Shown in pieces: positions 39,642-48,699 of a stretch of 64,000 bases of DNA (position 1 is the first letter of the stretch; every line of letters begins with the position of its first letter). The position numbers were made by a program, and so were the translations under genes. Source of the stretch: an uncultured cyanobacterium (lineage in GTDB: Bacteria > Cyanobacteriota > Cyanobacteriia > Cyanobacteriales > Cyanobacteriaceae); NCBI GenBank assembly GCA_963749915.1, contig CAVVOP010000032.1, forward strand, positions 1 to 64,000, read 5' to 3'. Below the pieces are notes generated by a model. That model was not told the DNA's origin and searched no databases. It saw only the letters and a program-made list of their open reading frames with translations.

Positions 39642-42260
39642 TTATTCAAATATATCTAATTGGCTCATAATGTCCTCTGTATTTTCGTTATTAGAAGGAG
39701 TTAATTTTTTAATATTTTTCCTTAAACCAATGGCAATTTTACTGTGTTTTTCAATTTGACTCATTACCTGTTTGGCACGGCTAATTACTACTTTTGGTAA
39801 ACCTGCCAATCTTCCTGCTTCGATACCGTAGGATTTATCCGCACCCCCTACTTTGACTTCGTGAAGGAAGATAATTTCGTTTTCTAATTCTTTGACCGTT
39901 ACTTGATAATTAGCAACATTTTCAAGAATAGAGGCTAATTCATTTAATTCATGGTAATGAGTCGCAAAAATAGTACGACATTGTATCTCAATGGCTAAAT
40001 ACTCGGCAACCGCCCAAGCTATGGATAAACCGTCAAAAGTAGCCGTACCTCTACCGATTTCATCAAGTAATACTAAAGATTTATTCGTAGCATGGTTAAG
40101 AATATTCGCAGTTTCGTTCATTTCTACCATAAAAGTGGATTGCCCTGTACCGATGTCATCCACAGCACCGACACGAGTGAAGATGCGATCGCATATAGAT
40201 AATTTTGCACTTTCTGCAGGAATAAAACTCCCTATTTGAGCCATTAATTGAATTAACCCTACCTGGCGCAAATAACAACTTTTACCACTAGCATTCGGTC
40301 CTGTTAAGATTATTAAATCAGGAGAATTTTGATCACCTAAATAACTAGAATTAGGCACAAACATTCCGAAACCTAGTAATTTTTCTACCACAGGATGTCT
40401 GCCATTTTTTATTTTAATAACTCGATCTTCCGTTATCTCTGGGCGGTTATAATCTTGATATATTGATAATTCCGTTAAACCCAATAAAACATCCATAGCG
40501 GCGATCGCCCTAGCTACTTTTCTAATTTCGTCGGTTTTTTCTGCCATTAAAAGGCGTAAATTAACAAAGATTTCATATTCAAATTTAGCAAGATCGTCCT
40601 TGGCATTTAAAATACGATTTTCTTTCTCTTTTAACTCAGCAGTAATGTATCTTTCTTCGTTTAATAAAGTTTGTTTTCGTTGATAATTTTCTGGTGCTAA
40701 GTCCGCTTTTGATCGAGGCATACTGATATAATAACCAAAGGTTTTGTTATACCCCACCTTCAAATTGGCCACTCCCGTACGTTGCCTTTGTGTCACTTCC
40801 AGATTGGCCAACCATTCCCTATCCCCGTCGATGAGGGTACGCATCTGATCTAATTGCTCATTGATACCATCTCGAATTATGCCTCCTTCCTTTACGTGTT
40901 GGGGGGGAAACTCAACAATGGAATCCATGACTTTTTTTCCCAATTCTTCCAACTCTGGGGGGATGTGTTGCAACGCCTGAAAATAGGGTGACTTACCCTC
41001 TTTCACCAACTCTGACAAATAGGTTAATTTTAGCAAAGAATCCCCTAAATTAAGTAATTCCTTCGGATTTGCTGTACCTGCACTCACTCTCCCCGTTATC
41101 CTCTCCAAATCATAGATAGTCTTAAAAACTTGCCGAATTTCTTCTCTTAGTGGCAAATTCTCCATTAACTCTGCAATGGTATCTTGACGGGCAATAATTC
41201 CCTTCTTATTGAGTAATGGTTGCAATAACCAACGTCTTAAAGCCCTTGCCCCCATAGCCGTACAAGTTCTATCTAAAGCCCACAATAATGACCCATGAAA
41301 GGTATTATCTCGAACTGTTTGGGTGATTTCGAGGTTACGCCGTGAGGTGGCATCTAAGACCAAATAATCGGCAATACTATAAGTACGAATTAGTTGCAAT
41401 GGAACTTGGTTCGCTTTTTGGGTATCCTGCACATATTCTAATAATCCTCCCGCCGCCCGAATTGCTAGGGGTAAATGTTCACAACCGACACCCTCTAGGG
41501 ATTTGAGCTTAAATTCAACCAATAATCTTGGCTTAGCTTCGTGGATGTCAAAGGCTTTTTGCGATCGCAATGAGTAACAAAAACAATCAGGCAAAAACTC
41601 AGGAACATGATCAGATTTTTGCCCTGGACGTAGTAAACTATTAATATCGGGAGCATTTACGGGAACTAACACTTCAGCTGGCTGTAAACGTAGTAATTCC
41701 GTTGACAAGGCCTTTAAATCCTTACTTTGAGTTGTGAAAAATTCTCCCGTGGAGATATCTGCATAAGCCAAACCCCAATGTTCTTTTGCCACCACCACCG
41801 CTGCTAAAAAGTTGTTTTGTTTCGAAGGCAACATCTCATTTTCGGTGACTGTACCCGGAGTTAATAACTTGGTAATTGCCCGTTTAACAATCCTTTTCTC
41901 CGCCGCCGCCGTTGCCGCATCCTCTACTTGATCACAAATTACCACTGCATAACCCTTCTCTACTAATTGTCGTGCATAGCGATCGAGGGCATGATGAGGG
42001 ACACCTGTCATTGCTATCCTACCTACATTTTGCCCTGCATCTTTACTGGTTATTACTAATTCCAACTCTTGAGAAATGGTGACGGCATCCTCAAAAAAGC
42101 ACTCGAAAAAATCACCTACCCGATACAATAATAAAGCGTTAGGATATTGATTTTTAACTTCCACATAATGCTGGTACATGGGAGTTAAATCAGTAAGATT
42201 TATGGGGCGATAATCTTCATGGGGAGCACTGCGATCGGCTTTCGGTGGGGTTACGGTCAT
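39642..42260 (-). CDS. mutS: DNA mismatch repair protein MutS
   Basis: TPMYQHY, GDFFE, TGPNASGKS, STFMVEM, DEIGRGT, ATHYHEL. Confidence 0.98.
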   Translation of the reverse strand: MTVTPPKADRSAPHEDYRPINLTDLTPMYQHYVEVKNQYPNALLLYRVGDFFECFFEDAVTISQELELVITSKDAGQNVGRIAMTGVPHHALDRYARQLVEKGYAVVICDQVEDAATAAAEKRIVKRAITKLLTPGTVTENEMLPSKQNNFLAAVVVAKEHWGLAYADISTGEFFTTQSKDLKALSTELLRLQPAEVLVPVNAPDINSLLRPGQKSDHVPEFLPDCFCYSLRSQKAFDIHEAKPRLLVEFKLKSLEGVGCEHLPLAIRAAGGLLEYVQDTQKANQVPLQLIRTYSIADYLVLDATSRRNLEITQTVRDNTFHGSLLWALDRTCTAMGARALRRWLLQPLLNKKGIIARQDTIAELMENLPLREEIRQVFKTIYDLERITGRVSAGTANPKELLNLGDSLLKLTYLSELVKEGKSPYFQALQHIPPELEELGKKVMDSIVEFPPQHVKEGGIIRDGINEQLDQMRTLIDGDREWLANLEVTQRQRTGVANLKVGYNKTFGYYISMPRSKADLAPENYQRKQTLLNEERYITAELKEKENRILNAKDDLAKFEYEIFVNLRLLMAEKTDEIRKVARAIAAMDVLLGLTELSIYQDYNRPEITEDRVIKIKNGRHPVVEKLLGFGMFVPNSSYLGDQNSPDLIILTGPNASGKSCYLRQVGLIQLMAQIGSFIPAESAKLSICDRIFTRVGAVDDIGTGQSTFMVEMNETANILNHATNKSLVLLDEIGRGTATFDGLSIAWAVAEYLAIEIQCRTIFATHYHELNELASILENVANYQVTVKELENEIIFLHEVKVGGADKSYGIEAGRLAGLPKVVISRAKQVMSQIEKHSKIAIGLRKNIKKLTPSNNENTEDIMSQLDIFE

Positions 42261-42403
42261 TATTTTCGTGATGATTGACGGTTTCTGCTTTTATCTTCAA
42301 GGGAGATTGATTAACTAATCAATAATAGTCAATATATTGTCTCAAAGGAGTAATGCCATATTTATTTTAAAATAGAAATCTCAATTTTTTTTAAAGTTTT
42401 TCT

Positions 42404-43225
42404 ATGAATACCGGAATATCTATCACTCCAGAAATAGCGATCGCCAATTTAAACCAGAAAGAAGACTTAGGATTAAGATACTATGCCGCTTGGTGGTTAG
42501 GTAAATTTCGGGTAACAAAGGCGGAAGCAGTAGAGAGTTTAATAAATGCCCTTGAAGACGAAGAAGATAGGGCACCTGATGGGGGTTTTCCCTTACGTAG
42601 AAATGCGGCTAAAGCCTTGGGAAAACTCAAAGATTTGAAAGCAGTTGAGCCTTTAATTAAGTGTTGTGGATGCGATGATTATTATGTCAGAGAATCTGCC
42701 GCCCAAGCCTTAGAAATGTTAGGAGATTCAAGGGCGATTCCACCTCTTATCAGTCTTTTAGATAATGCTATTGAGAATGATGAATTAACCAGTTATGGGA
42801 TCAATCCAGTGGTAGGTAAACCTCACCTGAACGAACCTTATGAGGCTATTATCGAGGCCTTGGGCACACTTCAGGCTAAAAATGCCCTAAATTTGGTTAA
42901 AGCTTTTATTGAGCATCCTACCCCCAAAATAGCTTATGCAGCGGCAAGGGCAATGTATCAATTAACCAATGAGGATGTTTATGGCGATATTTTGGTAACT
43001 GCCTTGGAAGGGAAAGATTTACAGTTAAGGCGATCGGCTTTGATGGACTTAGGTGCGATTGGTTATGTAAAATCGGGGGAGGCGATTAGTCGGGCTTATG
43101 CGGAAAATAGTCTAAAATTAATTGCCATGAAGGGTTTGTTAGAATATCAGGTAAAACAAGATCAACATAGTGAATTATCTCCTGATAGTATCAAATTAAT
43201 GGATTTAATGGACAGGCTTTTATAG
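42404..43225 (+). CDS. cpcE: Phycocyanin alpha-subunit phycocyanobilin lyase CpcE (HEAT repeats)
   Basis: RYYAAWWLGK, PLRRNAAKALGKL, DYYVRESAAQAL, LRRSALMDLGAIGY. Confidence 0.88.
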   Translation: MNTGISITPEIAIANLNQKEDLGLRYYAAWWLGKFRVTKAEAVESLINALEDEEDRAPDGGFPLRRNAAKALGKLKDLKAVEPLIKCCGCDDYYVRESAAQALEMLGDSRAIPPLISLLDNAIENDELTSYGINPVVGKPHLNEPYEAIIEALGTLQAKNALNLVKAFIEHPTPKIAYAAARAMYQLTNEDVYGDILVTALEGKDLQLRRSALMDLGAIGYVKSGEAISRAYAENSLKLIAMKGLLEYQVKQDQHSELSPDSIKLMDLMDRLL

Positions 43226-43266
43226 TGGATAATCAATAATTAATAATTAATTATTCCCCCACCATT

Positions 43267-44217
43267 ATGATTGAAGTTGAAAATTTGAGTAAAATTTACG
43301 GTGCGACCCAGGCGATTAAAGATGTGTCTTTGTCAGTGGAAAAGGGTACTATTTTAGGATTTTTGGGACCTAATGGTGCTGGGAAAACTACAACTATGCG
43401 CATTCTTAGCGGTTATATTCCGGCAACAACGGGGAAGGCTAGAATAGCAGGTTTTGAGGTGCATGAGAATCCCATGGCGGTGAGGGAAAGAATCGGTTAT
43501 TTACCAGAAACCCCCCCTCTTTATACAGATATGACTGTTAGTGATTATCTTAGTTTCGTGACAAAAATTAAGGGAATTTCTAGTGGCGAGCGAACGGACA
43601 AGATTCAAAAGGCCTTACAATGCTGTCAACTGGAAGATTGTGCCAATACGATCATCCGGAAATTATCGAAGGGTTATCGTCAAAGAGTCGGCATAGCACA
43701 AGCCATTGTTCATGAGCCTCCTGTTATCATTTTAGATGAGCCTACCGTCGGTTTAGATCCTCGTCAAATCATCGAAGTTAGGAATTTAATTAAAAGTTTA
43801 GCAGGGGAAAGGACTGTTATTCTCTCTACTCATATTCTCCCAGAGGTGAGTATGACTTGCGATTTTGTGACGATTATTAATAAAGGTGCAGTTGTTGCCA
43901 CGGGGAAACCGGAAGAACTTTTACAACAATTACACAGTAACGCCGGTTATGAAATAGAAGTAGAAGGAGACACCAGTAATTTACTAGTTAAATTAGAACA
44001 AATTTTGGGGGTTAAAAGTGTCAATATTCAGGGAATAATCGAGAGAAAAAATCATTTTCTAATTAACGTTACCCTCGATAATAATTATGATGTGGGAAAA
44101 GATATTGCCTCTACTATTGTTTATGAAGGAGTCGGTATTTATGAGATGAAAAGAAGTCACCCTTCCCTTGAAGATGTGTTTTTACAACTTACTACTAATG
44201 AGTCATTAGCAAAGTGA
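43267..44217 (+). CDS. ABC transporter ATP-binding protein (GldA/ABC-2 type)
   Basis: GPNGAGKTT, LSKGYRQR, LDEPTVGLDP, SLEDVFL. Confidence 0.92.
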   Translation: MIEVENLSKIYGATQAIKDVSLSVEKGTILGFLGPNGAGKTTTMRILSGYIPATTGKARIAGFEVHENPMAVRERIGYLPETPPLYTDMTVSDYLSFVTKIKGISSGERTDKIQKALQCCQLEDCANTIIRKLSKGYRQRVGIAQAIVHEPPVIILDEPTVGLDPRQIIEVRNLIKSLAGERTVILSTHILPEVSMTCDFVTIINKGAVVATGKPEELLQQLHSNAGYEIEVEGDTSNLLVKLEQILGVKSVNIQGIIERKNHFLINVTLDNNYDVGKDIASTIVYEGVGIYEMKRSHPSLEDVFLQLTTNESLAK

Positions 44218-44257
44218 TTTTAATACTATTGATTCTCCCGACTTACTCTTGAATAGC

Positions 44258-45706
44258 TCAAGCAGGGGTTTTCCCTAAAAGTTTTACTTGTTCCGAGTTT
44301 AAACGGCCAGCTTCATAAAGAGTTTGGGCAATTTCAGTCATGGTTAAAACCGCATAACTCCTATATCCTCCCTGTGCCAACTTTTCTGTAACTCCTTCCT
44401 CATGGTCGATCAAGACCACAATATCCTCAACCTTCAAGCCCACCGATTCAAGCTTGGCCGCCCCTTCCATCACACTCTTGCCACTGATGAGAATGTCATC
44501 GATAACGACGACAGTTTCTCCTTGGGTAAATTTTCCCTCCACCAGACGTCCTGTTCCATGGGCTTTGACCTCTTTGCGAGGAAAAATCAGGGGATAATTG
44601 AGGCGCAGTCCCAACCCTGTGGCCGTGGGCAATGAGCCATAGGGAATGCCGGCAATACGCTCAAAGCTGAGATTTTGCAGAATATCAGCATAGGCACTGA
44701 GTACCTTCTCGAAGACTTGAGGATGAGAAATAATTGTGCGCAGATCGATGTAATAGGGAAAGGTTGCCCCTGATGCTTGCACAAATTGACCAAAATGAAT
44801 GCAGCCAATGTCGTAGAGTTGCAAAATTAAATCCTTGTGGGGATGGGATTGCAACAGGCAAACATCGGGCAGCCATAAAGAACAAGTCGGGCTCTGTTGG
44901 ACAATCTCAACTCTCACCTGATTGATTTGTGCTCCCAGGGCTTGGATTAGTTTCCTAGGAGACTCCCCAGCCAAGATCTCCGGGGGAACAGGAAGAATCA
45001 AGCCCTCACCATTGGCATTCAACTCCACCTCGAGCATCTTTTTTAATTCCTCACTTTCCCTGGGGATGTCACGAGCTAAAATAAGCCGTTCGGGAGCAAG
45101 AGAACGGATTCGAGCCCAGACCTCAGCATTTCCCCCCACTTCCAGCCCCACTTGTTCAGGAGTTCCCCAAGTTTTGGCTTCCTTCACCAGTTGCAAATAA
45201 AAGGGCGATTCGGCAGTGGGATATTCTTGTAAAACCGCAGCGGAAGGATTAGCCGTGGCACAGAGAATAAAGACTGCCTTGTCAGGATAAAGTAAAAATG
45301 GAGCCACTTCATCCTGTCCCGTGTAAGGATTGAGGGTTACAGCATCTACTTGCCAGTCGGCAAAAATCGTCCTAGCCAAAATGGTACTGGTGTCAAGACC
45401 ACCGTATTTTCCATCGAGAATGATGGGAATGTGAGGGGGGATCGCCTTCAAAGTCTGGCGCAATAACTCTAGTCCGGAAGTCCCTAAAACCTGATAAAAT
45501 TCTACCGTCAGCTTGTAGGCACAGACTAAATCTGCCGTTTCGGCAATCAGAAATTGCAGCCATTCCTGCAATCCCCACCGGTGAGAGCTAATACTATCCC
45601 AAGAACCATAACTTTCGGGCCATGCTTCTGGATCGGGGTCTAGGGCGACACAGAGCAAGCTTTGATTACGCTCCTGGGCTTGATTTAACTTATCGAAAAA
45701 CTTCAC
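44258..45706 (-). CDS. pyrFE: Fused OMP decarboxylase / orotate phosphoribosyltransferase (PyrF-PyrE)
   Basis: Probable start GTG 45706 (VKFFDKL); SLLCVALDP, DAVTLNPY, YYIDLR, RKEVKAHGT, VVIDDILISG. Confidence 0.88.
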   Translation of the reverse strand: MKFFDKLNQAQERNQSLLCVALDPDPEAWPESYGSWDSISSHRWGLQEWLQFLIAETADLVCAYKLTVEFYQVLGTSGLELLRQTLKAIPPHIPIILDGKYGGLDTSTILARTIFADWQVDAVTLNPYTGQDEVAPFLLYPDKAVFILCATANPSAAVLQEYPTAESPFYLQLVKEAKTWGTPEQVGLEVGGNAEVWARIRSLAPERLILARDIPRESEELKKMLEVELNANGEGLILPVPPEILAGESPRKLIQALGAQINQVRVEIVQQSPTCSLWLPDVCLLQSHPHKDLILQLYDIGCIHFGQFVQASGATFPYYIDLRTIISHPQVFEKVLSAYADILQNLSFERIAGIPYGSLPTATGLGLRLNYPLIFPRKEVKAHGTGRLVEGKFTQGETVVVIDDILISGKSVMEGAAKLESVGLKVEDIVVLIDHEEGVTEKLAQGGYRSYAVLTMTEIAQTLYEAGRLNSEQVKLLGKTPA

Positions 45707-45728
45707 TGTTCTCTTTTTCCTCTCTAGG

Positions 45729-46343
45729 TCAATCTTCATAAATCCGACATTCATCGGCATCGGGATTGGCCTCACAGTAGGCCTGGAAAGAAGTTTTCCC
45801 CTGTTTTTCCACCCGCTGATGTGAGGTTTCCGCTTGCAGTTCTTCGACCACATCCCAAGCCGCCGCACATTCGGGAGAGGTCGGGCCCTTTTCGGAGCAG
45901 ATCGCTCGTGCTTCTTCTCTAGCAACTTCCAACCGCTCTTCGAGAAACAGCTTTTTCGGCTTTTCGACAAAATCACCCTTGTGCATGATATCACTGACGG
46001 AAACAATACCCAGTAATTTTTCCCGGACGACGGGAGCTCGGCGGATGCGGGTGCTAGCAAACAGGCGAGCCACATATTCCACCCCTAAATCGGGAGCAAC
46101 GGTGATACAAGGTTTGGTCATGATTTGGTACACTCGCATTTTTTTCGGATCCTGTCCATAAGCTGCTACTTTATAAACAATATCTGTCTCACTGACAATG
46201 CCGTAAGGGTCATCGTCGTGGCGACGTTCCACTATCAGGGCACGCAATTTTTTATCTTTCATCAGCTTGACAGCTTCAGCTACCGTCGCCGAACCGCGAA
46301 TGGTAACCACTTCTGAGGTCATGATTTCTTCTGCTTTCATCAT
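45729..46343 (-). CDS. CBS-CP12 fusion protein
   Basis: Tandem CBS pair followed by CP12 (C...ECAAAWDVVEEL, YCEANPDADECRIYED). Confidence 0.93.
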   Translation of the reverse strand: MMKAEEIMTSEVVTIRGSATVAEAVKLMKDKKLRALIVERRHDDDPYGIVSETDIVYKVAAYGQDPKKMRVYQIMTKPCITVAPDLGVEYVARLFASTRIRRAPVVREKLLGIVSVSDIMHKGDFVEKPKKLFLEERLEVAREEARAICSEKGPTSPECAAAWDVVEELQAETSHQRVEKQGKTSFQAYCEANPDADECRIYED

Positions 46344-46460
46344 AGTTAAGTAATAAGTAGTAATAAGGATAAAAATTACGGTTTTGACCCAAAAATCTGA
46401 GTATGAGAAAAATTCAGCCTGAAAATTCCGCTTAAATTCTTCTTTTTTGCTTTTTGCCTC

Positions 46461-46754
46461 TCAGGCCTGCCCGTTCAGAGCGGAGAGCCCATTGTCTGGG
46501 ACTGCCATGGCAGGGAAACAATTTCCTGGGCTTTGAGCAGTGAAAGTCCCCGTCCCTGGTGCATAAGCCTCCACAACATTCCCATTTAGGAAACACATCA
46601 CCATGAGATAGTCACACTGGTCGCATTCGGTTTGGATGACTTGGTTTCCCGAACAGGAACTATGGATAGCTTCGTTGCTGTTAAAATAGCGGCGTTGTGC
46701 TTCACTACCGCAGTTAGGACATCGAACTGTTTGTTGATTAGTCAGCAATCTCAT
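46461..46754 (-). CDS. Small Zn-ribbon-like hypothetical protein
   Basis: CPNC and CDQC pairs, VVEAYAPG; GGAG upstream. Confidence 0.75.
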   Translation of the reverse strand: MRLLTNQQTVRCPNCGSEAQRRYFNSNEAIHSSCSGNQVIQTECDQCDYLMVMCFLNGNVVEAYAPGTGTFTAQSPGNCFPAMAVPDNGLSALNGQA

Positions 46755-46775
46755 AGATAGTCTCCGCTTAATTAT

Positions 46776-47093
46776 CTAAAGATGTTTTTCTAATGTTTCA
46801 GAGAAAGTTTCATAGGAAGCTTTTCCTGTCAAATGTTCAACTAACTCACCATCTTTAAAATAGAGTACAGCTGGAATACTTTTAATCTTAAATTTTTTGA
46901 GATTTTCTTTATTTTGATCTAAATCAATTTTAAAAACTTGAGCACGACCAGCATACTCTTCTGTCAGTTTGTCAATATAAGGGCTAATAATACGACAAGG
47001 ACCACACCAAGAGGCGGTATAATCTACGACTACCAGTCCGGATTTGGTTAAAAGCTCGTTTAAGTAACTGTCTTGAATATAAGAGGCTGTCAT
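46776..47093 (-). CDS. Thioredoxin
   Basis: ASWCGPC, SIPAV. Confidence 0.93.
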   Translation of the reverse strand: MTASYIQDSYLNELLTKSGLVVVDYTASWCGPCRIISPYIDKLTEEYAGRAQVFKIDLDQNKENLKKFKIKSIPAVLYFKDGELVEHLTGKASYETFSETLEKHL

Positions 47094-47135
47094 TTTTTGT
47101 TCCTGATTATTGAGTTAAGAAAGAGGAAAAACTGA

Positions 47136-47429
47136 TTAATACAATTGATCTTCTTGATGAGTGAGTATAGTACAGTCAGAGGTAGGGTAAGCTACACAGG
47201 TAAGGATAAAACCGGCTTCAATCTGCTCATCTTCTAAGAAGGCTTGGTCTGATTGATCGACTGTGCCCTGAAGGATTTTGCCAGCACAGCTAGAACAAGA
47301 ACCAGAGCGACAAGAGATCGGCAGCTCGATGTCGTTTTCTTCAGCGGCATCAAAGATATACTGGTCATCAGCTACTTCAATGGTGTGGTCACCTTCTGGG
47401 GTTTTCAGGGTAACTTGGTAAGTTGGCAT
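47136..47429 (-). CDS. Plant-type [2Fe-2S] ferredoxin (PetF paralog)
   Basis: [10 protein letters not shown]...LTCVAYP. Confidence 0.95.
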   Translation of the reverse strand: MPTYQVTLKTPEGDHTIEVADDQYIFDAAEENDIELPISCRSGSCSSCAGKILQGTVDQSDQAFLEDEQIEAGFILTCVAYPTSDCTILTHQEDQLY

Positions 47430-47471
47430 TGTTTATCCTCTGTAAAATTATTGTCTGGAAATCTATTGTGC

Positions 47472-48035
47472 TTAAGCTGAGACCGGAAACTGGAGGGCTA
47501 AGTGCAAGCTATTGGTGACCTCAGCTACGCTGAGATTGCCGTTAATCGAGAGCAGACATTTCCGTCTCTGGTAAAAATCAATTAAGGGAAGAGTTTGGGC
47601 CTCGTAAACTTCCAGACGACGACGAATGGTCTCTTCATTATCGTCTTGGCGACCTCGCCCTAATAATCGGTGAACCAACACATTCGGCTCAACGTAAAAA
47701 TAGACCACTTGGGGATGAGGTTGATGGAGAATTGACAGAAGTTGGTCTAAATCCTGGGCTTGGGAAACAGTCCGGGGAAATCCATCTAAAATCCAGCCTA
47801 GTTTAGTATCAGACTGACTCAAACGCTCTCGCATCATCGCCATGATTAGGGGATCTCGCACCAGTTCCCCCGCAGCTACATGAGCTTGGACTTCCCCGCC
47901 TAAGGCGGTTTTCTGGGCAATTGCTTCTCTTAAAAGATCACCGGCAGAAATATGGGGAATTGGCCCTTGTTGAGCAAGGATTTTCGCTTGAGTACCTTTA
48001 CCAGCTCCGGGAGGACCAAGAAAAATTAAGGGCAT
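47472..48035 (-). CDS. adk: Adenylate kinase, short type, outside the ribosomal operon
   Basis: GPPGAGKGTQA, HISAGDLLR, ILDGFPRT, RGRQDD. Confidence 0.92.
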   Translation of the reverse strand: MPLIFLGPPGAGKGTQAKILAQQGPIPHISAGDLLREAIAQKTALGGEVQAHVAAGELVRDPLIMAMMRERLSQSDTKLGWILDGFPRTVSQAQDLDQLLSILHQPHPQVVYFYVEPNVLVHRLLGRGRQDDNEETIRRRLEVYEAQTLPLIDFYQRRKCLLSINGNLSVAEVTNSLHLALQFPVSA

Positions 48036-48092
48036 TGTTAATTTTTATCTCCTGTTAAACTATTAGAGTAAAATCAATTAATTTTTACAGTT

Positions 48093-48440
48093 ATGACTGC
48101 TGAGAAAGTAAGCGACCCCTTTTTTTGGGAGAGGCTAGAACAAGGAAGAAAAGCGAAAGCTGCCAGAGGTGGCTATGCTGGTTATGGTTCCCCATCCTTC
48201 GGTCAAATGTCCGTGGAAGGTGAGTTGGTCAATAACCCACCAGAACAGGAAATCATCGAACTTATTCGCCGCCATCACAAATCCGGGAAGTCATTACAGC
48301 AAATAGCTGATTGGCTCAATTATCATGGTTATAGAACTAAACGGGACTCTGAGTGGCAAAGGATCTCGGTTAAGCGGGTTTTAGATCGACTCTATGGTAA
48401 AACTCCGAGAATATCCGGTGTTAGATCTCATAAACCTTAG
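48093..48440 (+). CDS. Protein comprising only the Recombinase DNA-binding domain of serine recombinases
   Basis: GRKAKAARGGYAGYGSPSFG, GKSLQQIADWLN..GYRTKR..W...SVKRVL; no catalytic YxRxS domain. Confidence 0.75.
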   Translation: MTAEKVSDPFFWERLEQGRKAKAARGGYAGYGSPSFGQMSVEGELVNNPPEQEIIELIRRHHKSGKSLQQIADWLNYHGYRTKRDSEWQRISVKRVLDRLYGKTPRISGVRSHKP

Positions 48441-48699
48441 CCAAACTAGAGAAGGCTTTTCTTCTGTGGGAATTTCCCTCAGTACCACTTTCAACTAGAA
48501 TCAAGGTAGGGATAAATTTCTCGGGGTAGAATCCAGAGTATTTTTTACAACCTTGATAAGACTATAAGCAATTCTATAAAAGAGTTTTAAAGTTTTTACT
48601 GTTACATCTGTTTATGATACACCTTTTTTAGCTTAATGTCTAGTTATATTCTGATTTTCTCATTTTTTTTTGTAACATCCCTTTAGGGGGAGAAGCATC

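Noticed and set aside
42404..43225. cpcE outside a cpc operon
   Set aside because: Stand-alone cpcE is known in unicellular cyanobacteria
45707..46075. 123-aa N-terminal extension of PyrF-PyrE in the ORF track
   Set aside because: It overlaps CBS-CP12 in another frame; homology begins at GTG 45706, which has a purine-rich RBS
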